NCBI GenBank assembly: GCA_038209745.1
Contig: JBBQXJ010000049.1
Span: forward strand, 1 to 35,624
Reading direction: 5' to 3'
Source of the DNA: Verrucomicrobiota bacterium
GTDB lineage: Bacteria; Verrucomicrobiota; Verrucomicrobiia; Limisphaerales; CANJSG01
DNA: 35,624 bases
The notes under the pieces are model-generated. The model ran no database searches, was not told where the DNA came from, and was given only the letters and a program-made list of their open reading frames with translations. Made by a program: the position numbers and the translations under genes. Position 1 is the first letter of the stretch. Each line of letters starts with the position of its first letter. Shown here in pieces: positions 26,227 to 35,485 of this stretch.

Positions 26227-27756
26227 TCACCGGAACGGGAAGACCCAGGAAACAACCATCGTAACTCCGAATCCGATCAGCGAGACGACGGTCAGCATCG
26301 GAGTCCAGGTCTTCAACATCTCCTTCTCCGTGAGCCCGCCCAGCCGACTCACGACCCAAAAGCCGGAATCGTTCATCCAAGAGCAGCTGAAGGCCCCGAA
26401 GCCGATGGTCAGGAACAGATACAAGGGATGCACCGACATGGTGCTCGCTCCTGCCGCATCGACGGTCAGCGGGTAGAGCATGGCCGAGGTGGTCAGCATC
26501 GCGACCGTCGCGGAGCCCTGGGCCACTCGGAGAACGACGGAGACAATGTAGCCGAGCACGAGGAGGTTGATCTTGTAGTCCAAAGCAACCTCCTTGATCG
26601 CTTCGGCCATGCCGGCGTTTCGCAGCATCAGGCCGAAGGCGCCGCCTGCGGCGGTGATCAGGATGATGGTGCCGGCCGTTTCCAGCGGCGGACCGAAATG
26701 CTTCTCCAACTGACCGAATGTCACCTTGCGCTGACGCATCATGACGATGACGGCGAGCACCGTTCCCAAGAACAAAGCGATGTTCTTGTCGCCGATGAAC
26801 TCGGACCACTTGATCGCGGTGAAGAATCCCGGTTGACCGCCGAGCATCGACACAAAACCCGTGGCCCACCCCCGACCTTCCGCCGCTGCTCCCTGCGCCA
26901 CGACAAAGAACGAGGACAACCCGATCAGGAGAATCGGAATGATAACGGGCGAAATGGACGCGATGAAACCCGGGAGTTGCGACTCGGGCTTGTCCACGAT
27001 CGCCTGCAGCTCCTGCATCGTTGAACCCGGAGTTTCGCGGAGAGGCACCTCGATGCGCTTGTTCAGCCACTTGGAAAACAGCCAACCACCCAACACCGCC
27101 GGCAGACCGACGACGATACCGGCAAGAATCGACAGGCCAACGTCCACCTTCAGGTTGTCCACCATGGCCATCGGTCCCGGATGAGGCAAGGTCATCGAAT
27201 GCGTCACCACGCCGCCGGCGCAGATGACGAGCACGAACAACAGATAGTCCTTGCCCGTGCGGACACGAAGCGCCTTGGCCAGCGGCACCATCAGCATGAA
27301 CATGGTGTCGAAAAAGATCGGAACAGAGAGGACGTAGGTGCTCAGGAGGAGGGCGACACCCGCGTTTCGCTCACCAAACGCGGCGAGGAAGCGCCTCACG
27401 ACTTTGTCCGCCGCTCCGGATTCCATGAGACACATGCCTATGATGCTCGCCAGAACAATGGAAATGGCGATGCCTCCAGCGGTCCGCCCGAACTCGCTGG
27501 CGGTCATGTCCACGGCGCGGCCCATGTGGAACTTCGGTGCGGTTTTGCCCGGCGCCGGCAAGGTCTCGGCCAGCGGACTGGACTCGCGGGATTCGGGCAG
27601 ATTCTCAGCCATGAGCCCGGCGATCAGAGCTCCTCCTATGAGGGCGATGAACGCGGGCAGCCTCAGCTTCGAGATCGCCAGGATGACGAAACCGACGCTG
27701 ACGAGGAGGATCATGAACGGCCAATAGGAAAACGAGGTGGCGGCAAGAAGTTCCAT
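26227..27756 (-). CDS. GntP family (gluconate:H+ symporter-like) permease
   Basis: LRLPAFIALI, ESGAADKV, SVPIFFD, PHPGP, ITAAGGAFG, RVAQGSATVA, WMNDSGFW. Confidence 0.9.
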   Translation of the reverse strand: MELLAATSFSYWPFMILLVSVGFVILAISKLRLPAFIALIGGALIAGLMAENLPESRESSPLAETLPAPGKTAPKFHMGRAVDMTASEFGRTAGGIAISIVLASIIGMCLMESGAADKVVRRFLAAFGERNAGVALLLSTYVLSVPIFFDTMFMLMVPLAKALRVRTGKDYLLFVLVICAGGVVTHSMTLPHPGPMAMVDNLKVDVGLSILAGIVVGLPAVLGGWLFSKWLNKRIEVPLRETPGSTMQELQAIVDKPESQLPGFIASISPVIIPILLIGLSSFFVVAQGAAAEGRGWATGFVSMLGGQPGFFTAIKWSEFIGDKNIALFLGTVLAVIVMMRQRKVTFGQLEKHFGPPLETAGTIILITAAGGAFGLMLRNAGMAEAIKEVALDYKINLLVLGYIVSVVLRVAQGSATVAMLTTSAMLYPLTVDAAGASTMSVHPLYLFLTIGFGAFSCSWMNDSGFWVVSRLGGLTEKEMLKTWTPMLTVVSLIGFGVTMVVSWVFPFR

Positions 27757-28241
27757 GGGTGGTTGGCGGGAAACTGCGCCAGAACACCCCCCACGCGGCA
27801 AGGCTTATTGCTGGCAACGAAGGATCTGCTTCCAAGGAACCGATCAAACAGTTCGTTCACGAAATCCGGAAACGGGCGACCCAAGGCATCGGTCTGTCGC
27901 GCCGGAACCTCTGCAGAGCGTGTCTTCAGTCGCTCTTTCCCCTCATCGCAGAGTCTGCATTCGGACCGGCACGGCTCCGGGAGGCACCCATGCTCCGATG
28001 AAAAACGGTAGGGACCGAACTACGGGCGCCATGAAAATGCGCCCCGTGGGCGGTTGCTCCGACCGATCCAGCCTGAATCCTTCACGCGACCCCCAGTCTC
28101 ATCGGTTTCAAGCCGACAAACAGAACCAGAGCAACTCCGATCAACGCACGGGGCACTCGATTCCAGAACAGGGGCACTGGGCACACCCTATAAATCCGCC
28201 CAGCGGCGCCCTCTCCGCCTCCGCCCGGGAGCGGGCCGGGA

Positions 28242-29804
28242 CTACTTCTTCAGCAGCGCGTATTCCATCGAGTCGACGAGGGACTGGAGGCTGGCGGTGA
28301 TGATGTTCTCGCTGACCCCGACGGTGCCCCACTCGGTTTTGCCATCGGTGCTGGTGATCAGCACGCGGGTCTTGGCGGCGGTTCCTGCGATGCCGTCGAG
28401 GATGCGGACCTTGTAGTCCGTCAGCGTGATCTTCTTCAGGGCCGGGAACGACTTGCCCAGCGCGGAGCGCAGTGCGCCGTCGAGCGCGTTCACAGGGCCA
28501 TCGCCTTCCGCCACGGTGTGGTGCGTCTTGTCGCCGACACGGACCTTCACGGTCGCTTCGCAGACGGATCGGTCGCCGTTGCCGCGCATGGAGACGTGGT
28601 AGGAATCGACCGTGAAGAGCAGTTCCGGATTGTGATCGAGGACGCCGCGGATGAGCAGCGCCAGAGACGCTTCGGCCGCCTCATATTCGAAGCCGCTCGA
28701 TTCAAGTTCCTTCACTTTGGTCGTGATCGCCCGGGTCTCGGGCGCATCGGCGGCCAGCTTGAAGCCCAGCTCGGCCGCTTTGATGAGGATGTTCGTCCGA
28801 CCCGACATGTCGCTGACGAGGACGCGACGGTGGTTGCCGACGGACTCGGGCTTGATGTGTTCGTAGCTGCGGGCCACCCGCTCGATGGCGTGGACGTGGA
28901 TGCCGCCCTTGTGCGCAAAGGCGGTCTGCCCCACCCACGGCTGGCGCGTGTCGTGACGGACATTCGCGACCTCATCCACGAACTCGGAAAGCTCCTTCAG
29001 CTTGGGCAGCGACTTTTCGGGCACGCCGACGCGGTTCATCTTGAAGGCAATGGTCGGGATCACGCTGATCAGGTTGCAGTTCCCGGTGCGTTCGCCGTAG
29101 CCGTTGATCGTGCCCTGGATGTGGTCGGCGCCGGCTTCCAGGGCCGCGATGCCATTGGCCAATCCGAAGCCACAATCGTTGTGGGTGTGGATGCCGATGC
29201 GGGCGTGCAGCTTGTCCTTGGCGAAGGCGACGATCCGGGCGACCTCGCTGGGCAATGCGCCGCCATTGGTCTCACAAAGACAGATGACGTCCGCTCCGGC
29301 CTTTTCGGCGGCCCGCCAAGTCGCCAGCGCATATTCGGGCTCGTCCTTGAAGCCGTCGAAGCTGTGCTCGGCGTCATAGACGACGATTTTCCCCTGGTCT
29401 TTCAGGAAGCGGATCGTGTCGGCGATCATGGCGAGGTTCTCGGCCGGCTTGACCCGCAGCACCTCGGTGACGTGGAGAAGCCACGTCTTGCCGACGATGG
29501 TGACGACGGGGCTCTTCGAATCGAGGAGCATCCGGATCTGGGGATCGTCCTCCACCGCGACGCCCTTCTTCCGGGTGAAGCCGAAGCTGGCGATCTTCGC
29601 GTGCTTCCATTTCCGCTTCGCGGCCTGCTGGAAGAACTCCAGATCCTTGGGATTCGATCCCGGCCAGCCGCCCTCGATGTAGTGCACGCCGAACTGGTCG
29701 AGGCGCTCGGCGATGCGGAGCTTGTCGGCCAGCGAGAAGTTGATGCCTTCGGCCTGAGCGCCGTCACGGAGGGTCGTGTCGTAGATCTCGACTTTTTGTT
29801 TCAT
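28242..29804 (-). CDS. cimA: Citramalate synthase (LeuA-related)
   Basis: DTTLRDGAQAEG, YIEGGWPGSNPKD, YDAEHSFDG, HTHND, GERTGN, AFAHKGGIH, and a LeuA-type regulatory domain (GDGPVNALD). Confidence 0.88.
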   Translation of the reverse strand: MKQKVEIYDTTLRDGAQAEGINFSLADKLRIAERLDQFGVHYIEGGWPGSNPKDLEFFQQAAKRKWKHAKIASFGFTRKKGVAVEDDPQIRMLLDSKSPVVTIVGKTWLLHVTEVLRVKPAENLAMIADTIRFLKDQGKIVVYDAEHSFDGFKDEPEYALATWRAAEKAGADVICLCETNGGALPSEVARIVAFAKDKLHARIGIHTHNDCGFGLANGIAALEAGADHIQGTINGYGERTGNCNLISVIPTIAFKMNRVGVPEKSLPKLKELSEFVDEVANVRHDTRQPWVGQTAFAHKGGIHVHAIERVARSYEHIKPESVGNHRRVLVSDMSGRTNILIKAAELGFKLAADAPETRAITTKVKELESSGFEYEAAEASLALLIRGVLDHNPELLFTVDSYHVSMRGNGDRSVCEATVKVRVGDKTHHTVAEGDGPVNALDGALRSALGKSFPALKKITLTDYKVRILDGIAGTAAKTRVLITSTDGKTEWGTVGVSENIITASLQSLVDSMEYALLKK

Positions 29805-29821
29805 GGAGAGCGGGGGTGTTT

Positions 29822-29919
29822 AACCACGAATAGGCACGAAGACACACGCATAAAGGCGGAACGCCGGGCCGCGTTTCGTCGGTCGCTGTTTGTCGGGGCC
29901 TTCGTGTCCATTCGTGGTT
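29822..29919. repeat. REP-like inverted-repeat element in the cimA 5' region
   Basis: AACCACGAATAGGCACGAAG (29822-29841) and CTTCGTGTCCATTCGTGGTT (29900-29919) are 18/20 complementary. Confidence 0.65.
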
Positions 29920-29921
29920 GG

Positions 29922-29961
29922 AAAACCAAAAACCCCGTTCCGGTTCGCGGAACGGGGTTTT
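29922..29961 (-). terminator. Attenuator terminator hairpin upstream of cimA
   Basis: Perfect 14-bp inverted repeat AAAACCCCGTTCCG-N5-CGGAACGGGGTTTT (29929-29961); on the minus strand the GC stem is followed by TTTTTGGTTTT. Confidence 0.85.
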
Positions 29962-29979
29962 CGTGGAATTAAAACTCGT

Positions 29980-30084
29980 TCAGCGCCGTCGTGCCGCAGT
30001 GCCACTAATCGTGGTGACAATGGTGACCAGCAGACCCGCCGAAGCGGTTCCGGAGGAACATTTTGAGGTAGAGGCACTGATCAA
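29980..30084 (-). CDS. Putative cimA leader peptide (34 aa)
   Basis: TTG-started MISASTSKCSSGTASAGLLVTIVTTISGTAARRR*; run of Leu/Val/Thr/Ile codons; stop lies 18 nt before the terminator stem. Confidence 0.65.
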   Translation of the reverse strand: MISASTSKCSSGTASAGLLVTIVTTISGTAARRR

Positions 30085-30371
30085 TTAAAACCTGATGCCA
30101 TGCCGCCGAGACCTTGGCAAGCGTGTCCTCGCGGACTTCATGATGCAGAGGCTGGCGATCGGCCCCTACGCCGTGCCAAAAAGCTGAGCCCGGAAAGGCC
30201 GGGAAGAAAACACGCCGTCAACGACGTGGGGCGACGCCTTGGTCGGTATCGCTCCCCACCCAAAAAAAACCAAGCCTCCCCGCCCTCCATTCCCGCGATC
30301 AGCCTTTCCCTTCGCCGCGCTCCACCAACGCAGCTTCACAATGAGAAGATGCGTTTTTGCGCCGCCCCATC

Positions 30372-31103
30372 TAATTCGAAGTCGCTTTCAAGATGAGGCG
30401 ATCAATGGCAGTGAGGCGGCCTGGCCAGACCACGCCGATTTGACGCACTCGCAGTAAAGCGGGCGCGGCTGACAGGTGCCATCACCACGACCGTTGCATC
30501 ACTGCGGCCATGTCTGGCGCTACTCCTGCCGGCTTTGTTCGGGGCCACGCTCGAACACACCGCCGCCGCCTTGGGGGTGGGCCGGGCCACCGGGTCTCGT
30601 CTTCAGGCCGCCTTCCACCAGAAGCCGTCCGCCGTTCCCGCCCCGAAACGTCCCGCGGTAGACAACGGCTACGAACGTGAATTCCAAAATGTTTACGGGG
30701 TCGTCAGTCCGCTGGAAGGAGAACTGGACTGGATGATTTCCCCGGCCATGAACACCGGATGGATGGGAGCCCTCCTGCCCCAAGTCAGCGCCGTCCACCA
30801 CCAAGACTTCATCGTCATGGTCGTGGATGACGCACCTTCGCAGGTGGCCAAGGTGCTGGTGGTGCCGGAGATTAACCGCCTGCTTCTCCTTCTCCGCATA
30901 GGCGCTGGAACTCAATCCGCGGGAACACATGTGGGACGAAATCCGGGAGAAGAAATTTCCCAACCGGGTGTTTTCACCCATGGCGGGGAGGTGCAAACCT
31001 TGCAAACAGGACTGCTACGGCTGGCGGCGGATCGCGATCGGCTCCGGAGCATTTGCGCCTGGCCTTGGATCCTTAATCTCAATTTGAACGCGAACTGGAA
31101 TGA
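30372..31103 (+). mobile_element. Internally deleted IS630-family element (transposase pseudogene)
   Basis: ARPRR...ATLEHTAAALGVGRATGSRLQ (HTH); REFQNVYGVVSPLEG; IVMVVDDAP; after a frameshift YALELNPREHMWDEIREK. Imperfect IRs at 30372-30394 and 31081-31103 (16/23 match). Confidence 0.8.
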
Positions 31104-31789
31104 ACGTCCTCCGCAGCACCGCCCTGCTCCGAGTCCGGCGCGCCCTGCCGGACGACCCGTCCCGCGTCCAGCACCAGCACCTCGTCACACAGCGCGCGGA
31201 TCTCGGCCGGATCGTGGCTGACGTGCAGGATGGGCAGCGGATAGGCGTCGCGAATGCGCCGCAGGAAGGGAAGGATCCGCTGCTTCAGCCGGGCATCGAG
31301 ACTGGCCAGAGGTTCATCCAACAACAGCAGCACCGGCGCCGCCAAGAGCGCACGGGCCAGGGCGACCCGTTGCTTTTCGCCGCCGGACAGGGCCGTAATG
31401 GAGCGGTCGATCATCGGTCGGATCTCCAGGAGCTCGGTCACTGCTTCCAATGAAAACCGGGCGTCGGACGGTTCCACGCCACGATGGCCAAAGAGGAGAT
31501 TTCCCCGGACCGAGAGATGCGGGAACAGCGCCAGATCCTGCGGCACATACCCGATCCGACGTCGATGAGCCGGGACAAACGACCGGGCGGCACAGTCCGT
31601 CAGGACACAATCACCCAAGCGGATCGATCCCATCGCAGGTCGATGAAGCCCGGCGATCATGTCGAGCAGCGTCGTCTTGCCGGCACCCGATGGACCAAAG
31701 ATGCCGGTGACATGCGCGCCAAGGGTCGCGCTCAATTCGAGACTGAACTCTCCTTGCCGGATCCGGAGATTTTCGAGGACGAGACTCAT
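31079..31789 (-). CDS. modC: Molybdate ABC transporter ATP-binding protein (short, no TOBE domain)
   Basis: GPSGAGKTT, RRIGYVPQDLALFPHLSV, LSGGEKQRVALARA, LDEPLASLD, VSHD; ATG overlaps the modB stop. Confidence 0.88.
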   Translation of the reverse strand: MSLVLENLRIRQGEFSLELSATLGAHVTGIFGPSGAGKTTLLDMIAGLHRPAMGSIRLGDCVLTDCAARSFVPAHRRRIGYVPQDLALFPHLSVRGNLLFGHRGVEPSDARFSLEAVTELLEIRPMIDRSITALSGGEKQRVALARALLAAPVLLLLDEPLASLDARLKQRILPFLRRIRDAYPLPILHVSHDPAEIRALCDEVLVLDAGRVVRQGAPDSEQGGAAEDVHSSSRSN

Positions 31790-32454
31790 GGACGTTGGCG
31801 GTGCAGAAGCCATTCGCTGGTCCACAAAGCGGCGAAGGCGATGATGGCGGAAACGCCGAGCAGCCAGTAGGCGCGGCTGTCTTCGCCCAACTGGACGGAC
31901 TGGTAGATCGCGAGGGAAAGCGTGGAGGTCTGCCCGGGAATGTTGCCGGCCAGCATGATCGTGGCTCCGAATTCTCCCAGGGCCCGGGCAAAGGCCAGCA
32001 CCGTTCCAGCGAGCACTCCGCGCCCGGCCAACGGCAGGCTCACGGTGAAGAACACGCGCCACGGTCCGGCCCCGAGCGTTCCGGCGATCTGCTCCAACCG
32101 CGAGGGAACCTCCTCAAAAGCGACCCGCGCCGACCGAACCAAAAGCGGAAGCGACATTACGCCGAGCGCCACCACGACGCCGCGCCAAGTGAACGCGATG
32201 TCCCAGCCCAGCGTGTCATGGAGAAACCCGCCGACGGGGCCGCGCCGGCCAAGAAGCTTCAGCAGGATGAGGCCGGTGGCGACCGGCGGCATCACCAGCG
32301 GGAGCGAAACGAGGGTTTCCACCAGGGACTTGCCCCGCCACTGCCGCCGGGCGAGCAACCAGGCCAGCGCCAAACCGATGGGCAGGAGCAGCAACGTGCT
32401 GAGCGCCGCCATGCCGAGGGTGAAGCCGATCAATTGCCAGTCGTCCCCGGTCAT
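31786..32454 (-). CDS. modB: Molybdate ABC transporter permease
   Basis: LPLVMPPVATG, FARALGEFGATIMLAGNIPG. Confidence 0.93.
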   Translation of the reverse strand: MTGDDWQLIGFTLGMAALSTLLLLPIGLALAWLLARRQWRGKSLVETLVSLPLVMPPVATGLILLKLLGRRGPVGGFLHDTLGWDIAFTWRGVVVALGVMSLPLLVRSARVAFEEVPSRLEQIAGTLGAGPWRVFFTVSLPLAGRGVLAGTVLAFARALGEFGATIMLAGNIPGQTSTLSLAIYQSVQLGEDSRAYWLLGVSAIIAFAALWTSEWLLHRQRP

Positions 32455-33257
32455 GGCTTTGAATCAAGAACTGTGAATCCATGGCTGCGGAAGACCTCGG
32501 CGGCTTTTCTCGAGCGGAGGAAGGCGAGGAACTTCGCCGCCTCGGCGGGATCCGGAGCCTCTTTGAGCAACGCGACCGGGTAGACGATCTTCGGCGCGCA
32601 CCCAGCCTGAATCTCGCAGGCGATCTTCACCTTCTTGGAGGCAGCCACGTCGGTCCGATAGACGATGCCGGCTTCGACGTTGCCCGATTCCACCGCGGCC
32701 ATCGCGGCGCGCACGTTTTCGGTGGGGACGATCTTGGATTTGATTCCCGGCCAAAGGTGAAGGCACTCCAAGGCTTGCTTGGCGTAGACCCCGGCCGGCA
32801 CCGCCTTTGGATCTCCCAGGGCCACTCTGCGGACGGTGCTGTTGGTCAGCGCCGACGGAGTGGGGATCCAAGCCCCGCGGTCGGACGCCACCACGACCAC
32901 GAGCGAGTTTCCCAGAAGCGCCTGTCGCGTCCCGGCCACGACAAGTCCGGCCTTTTCGACGCGGTCCATCTGGAGATCGTCGGCGGAGACGAAGAGATCC
33001 GCCGGCGCTCCCGCCGCGATCTGGCGCGCGAGAACGTTGGAGCCGGCGAAGTTGAAGTCGGGCTTCTCACCGCCCTGCAATTCATATTGTGACGCCACAT
33101 CCTTCAGCCCGTCGGCCATGCTGGCGGCTGCGAACACGGTGACTGCCCGGGCGGTGGCTCCGGAAATCCAGAACACAATCAGGAGTCGAGCAAGGACCGG
33201 GATCGACGGAGCGCGGAGGCCCGACGCGTCTGCCGGCCGATGGGCGCTATGCTCCAT
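32451..33257 (-). CDS. modA: Molybdate ABC transporter substrate-binding protein
   Basis: VFAAASM, NFAGSNVLARQIAAGAPADLFVSA, DPKAVPAGVYA, GIVYRTD, IVYPVA. Start uncertain (33257 or 33275). Confidence 0.9.
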   Translation of the reverse strand: MEHSAHRPADASGLRAPSIPVLARLLIVFWISGATARAVTVFAAASMADGLKDVASQYELQGGEKPDFNFAGSNVLARQIAAGAPADLFVSADDLQMDRVEKAGLVVAGTRQALLGNSLVVVVASDRGAWIPTPSALTNSTVRRVALGDPKAVPAGVYAKQALECLHLWPGIKSKIVPTENVRAAMAAVESGNVEAGIVYRTDVAASKKVKIACEIQAGCAPKIVYPVALLKEAPDPAEAAKFLAFLRSRKAAEVFRSHGFTVLDSKP

Positions 33258-33264
33258 GAAGGGA

Positions 33265-33657
33265 TCAGTTGGCATCCAGCGAACACTCGTCCGGCGGCCC
33301 ACCCGCCGGTCGCTCGAACGCGCCTGAGTCGTCCTCGTTCGCGCGCGGCTCGAGGCACCGGAAATCCTTCTCGACGGCGATGGAAAGTCCCCAGGCAGTT
33401 TCGGCGTAAAGCCCGACGTCATCCCCTTGGACCCAAGCCGCGACAGCCGTTTCAGGAAGAAAGACCGTCAAAACTCCGTCCACGAGATCGGATGTAATAT
33501 CTTCGACCGAACCCGAGACAACCCGGCACTTGAATCGTTCCGTCGGGCCGGGCCCCAGCACGGTGGTGTTCTCGACGCTCCCTCCCGCCCCAAGACGGTC
33601 CACCTCCGGTTGCCGGAGACGGATACGCAGAGAGTTTTCGCGGAGACGCAGTTTCAT
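33265..33657 (-). CDS. Conserved hypothetical protein (MKLR..NSLRIRL...VEKDFRCL type)
   Basis: 130 aa from ATG 33657; recognisable conserved termini MKLRLRENSLRIRL and VEKDFRCLEPR. Confidence 0.7.
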   Translation of the reverse strand: MKLRLRENSLRIRLRQPEVDRLGAGGSVENTTVLGPGPTERFKCRVVSGSVEDITSDLVDGVLTVFLPETAVAAWVQGDDVGLYAETAWGLSIAVEKDFRCLEPRANEDDSGAFERPAGGPPDECSLDAN

Positions 33658-33749
33658 GGGCGATGTCGAAGGGGATTCAACACGGCCCGGTCGAGGCGTC
33701 AAACCTATCGCTCGTCATCCCGCATCCCGGATCCCAAAAACGACGTGCT

Positions 33750-34508
33750 TCAGTTGGGGAACGTGTAAGCGTATTCGATCCGCCCCCGATCCGTCACTGC
33801 CCACAAGTTAACGGTCGGACCGACACACATTCCTTTCCGAAGCTGGCGAACCCCGCCGTCGAAAAACGCGTAGTTGGAGGAAACCTTCCCGTGCCGAACG
33901 TGGTCCAATTCCTCGTAGTCGTTGCCGTGGCCCTCGAAGAGATCCATGAAGTATTGCTTCGAAGCGTGCTTTTTTTCGCCGAACAGGATCGTGTCCGAAG
34001 GCTTGGACACGGCGGTCTCGGGGAGGCTGAGCTGTTGCTGGGTCGCAGCGTCGACCTCCGCGATGGTGGTGCCAAAGTAATCGTTGAACCCGTTGATCAT
34101 GTAGCTGCGCGGCGCCTTGTCCGCAGCATCGGCATTCGGGAGGGCGGAAGCTTCGGTGGCCGGCGGAGTGAAGTTATCGACCGGGCAGATGAGGACCCGG
34201 AGATCCTGATAGTCGTTGCGCAACCGGCCCGGCCACCGATTGAAGGGCGGAGGACAACGAGGGGGATTCTTTCCATTGTTGTCGCTCACATACATGGCCG
34301 CTGCGAGGCCGATTTGGCGGAGATTGTTCACGCAGGCGATCCGTTGGCCCTGCCCCTTGGCATTGGCCAGACTGGGCAGGAGCATCGCGGCCAAGATTCC
34401 GATGATCGCGATGACGACCAGCAGCTCGATGAGTGTGAAGCCGCGCCGGTCAGCAGGATGCAGCCGGTTGAATGCGCGGTCAGTGTTTAGGGTCGGTTCA
34501 GACGACAT
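33750..34508 (-). CDS. Prepilin-type N-terminal cleavage/methylation protein with an H-X9-DG-like C-terminal motif
   Basis: [24 protein letters not shown]...[27 protein letters not shown]. Confidence 0.9.
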   Translation of the reverse strand: MSSEPTLNTDRAFNRLHPADRRGFTLIELLVVIAIIGILAAMLLPSLANAKGQGQRIACVNNLRQIGLAAAMYVSDNNGKNPPRCPPPFNRWPGRLRNDYQDLRVLICPVDNFTPPATEASALPNADAADKAPRSYMINGFNDYFGTTIAEVDAATQQQLSLPETAVSKPSDTILFGEKKHASKQYFMDLFEGHGNDYEELDHVRHGKVSSNYAFFDGGVRQLRKGMCVGPTVNLWAVTDRGRIEYAYTFPN

Positions 34509-34935
34509 GAAATCTCGTTCCAGTATGTTGATTGTCTTGGCCGCAGTCCTAGCCATGGCCTACGTAACATTCTTCACCGACTGGTTCCGGTCGGAGCCCA
34601 TTCGATTGAGCCATCGTTTTTTTGCTGGCGGTCGCGGAAACTCGGCTGGCGGCAGGTGGACGTTCTATGTGCAGCCCAAACAACCGATCTCCACGCTCAA
34701 TGTCATCCGCGCGTCCGATGTCTCCGGAGCCAAGCCCAAATCCCTCTGGCACATGGTCGCAGGCTCAAAGCCGGTTCCGATCGAGGCCTTCGACTACGGC
34801 GAGCGCATTCCGGGCATGAAGCCTTTCGTGGCTGGCACGGCTCCTGAGCCTCTCCTCCCAGGGGAGGAGTATATCGTCCGGGTGGAAATGGGCAAAAAGC
34901 ACGGCGAGATGAAGTTCGCCGTTCCAACGAACTAG
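34507..34935 (+). CDS. Hypothetical membrane-anchored protein
   Basis: [27 protein letters not shown] hydrophobic anchor, then LWHMV...[12 protein letters not shown]...EPLLPGEEY; 142 aa. Confidence 0.7.
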   Translation: MKSRSSMLIVLAAVLAMAYVTFFTDWFRSEPIRLSHRFFAGGRGNSAGGRWTFYVQPKQPISTLNVIRASDVSGAKPKSLWHMVAGSKPVPIEAFDYGERIPGMKPFVAGTAPEPLLPGEEYIVRVEMGKKHGEMKFAVPTN

Positions 34936-35086
34936 AGACTCGGCCGAACCAGTCTACGCGAGTTCAACGTCTGGACGCCACCGGCCGAACCCCAACGGCC
35001 CGAATGCCATGCCACCGTCTCTGGCTTTTCAGGTCGCGCAGCCTTTGATTTTATCCCGGTCCATGTCGTCGGCCGGAAAACACGTA

Positions 35087-35116
35087 TTGACGGCCTGCCA
35101 AGTCGCTCGCTAAGTT
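35087..35116 (+). promoter_or_regulatory. Sigma-70-type promoter of tRNA-Asn
   Basis: TTGACG-N18-TAAGTT followed by a GC-rich discriminator, 16 nt before the tRNA. Confidence 0.55.
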
Positions 35117-35132
35117 GCGCGCCCGTTTGCGT

Positions 35133-35207
35133 TCCAGAGTAGCTCAATGGTAGAGCACGCGGCTGTTAACCGTGGGGTTGTAGGTTCGAGTCCTACCTCT
35201 GGAGCCA
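35133..35207 (+). tRNA. tRNA-Asn (GTT)
   Basis: Acceptor stem TCCAGAG/CTCTGGA; D-arm GCTCAATGGTAGAGC; anticodon loop CTGTTAA; T-arm GTAGGTTCGAGTCCTAC; encoded CCA. Confidence 0.97.
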
Positions 35208-35485
35208 TTTCAAACAGCCATCAAAGGCAACCGTTTGAAGAAGTTTTCCTCCCCGTTCGGAGTCGACTGGCTCCCAAATTGACACCGGTGTGGGTTCCTT
35301 TTCTAGACCTAGCCGGGACCAACCCTCGGCTTTCGTTGTGCGCGCGGTTTTCTTAGATCGTTACAGCGCCCCTCTTCCGCTCAACCGAGAAAATCGCAAA
35401 CTCTGACGCCGTTGAAGTCGACGATGGTCGGACTCACATCGTTCCCAACGATGTTTTGTCGAACGACCGCACCCATGCCTTTGGC

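Noticed and set aside
27760..28240. Small ORF or ncRNA in the 480-nt cimA-gntP spacer
   Set aside because: Only short hairpins and GGGCAC repeats; no convincing ORF or RNA motif.
30005..30061. Alternative ATG leader MFLRNRFGGSAGHHCHHD (His-rich)
   Set aside because: The His codons are the shifted reading of the GTC-ACC-ATT-GTC-ACC-ACG run, and His control does not fit cimA. Not formally excluded, because it has an ATG start.
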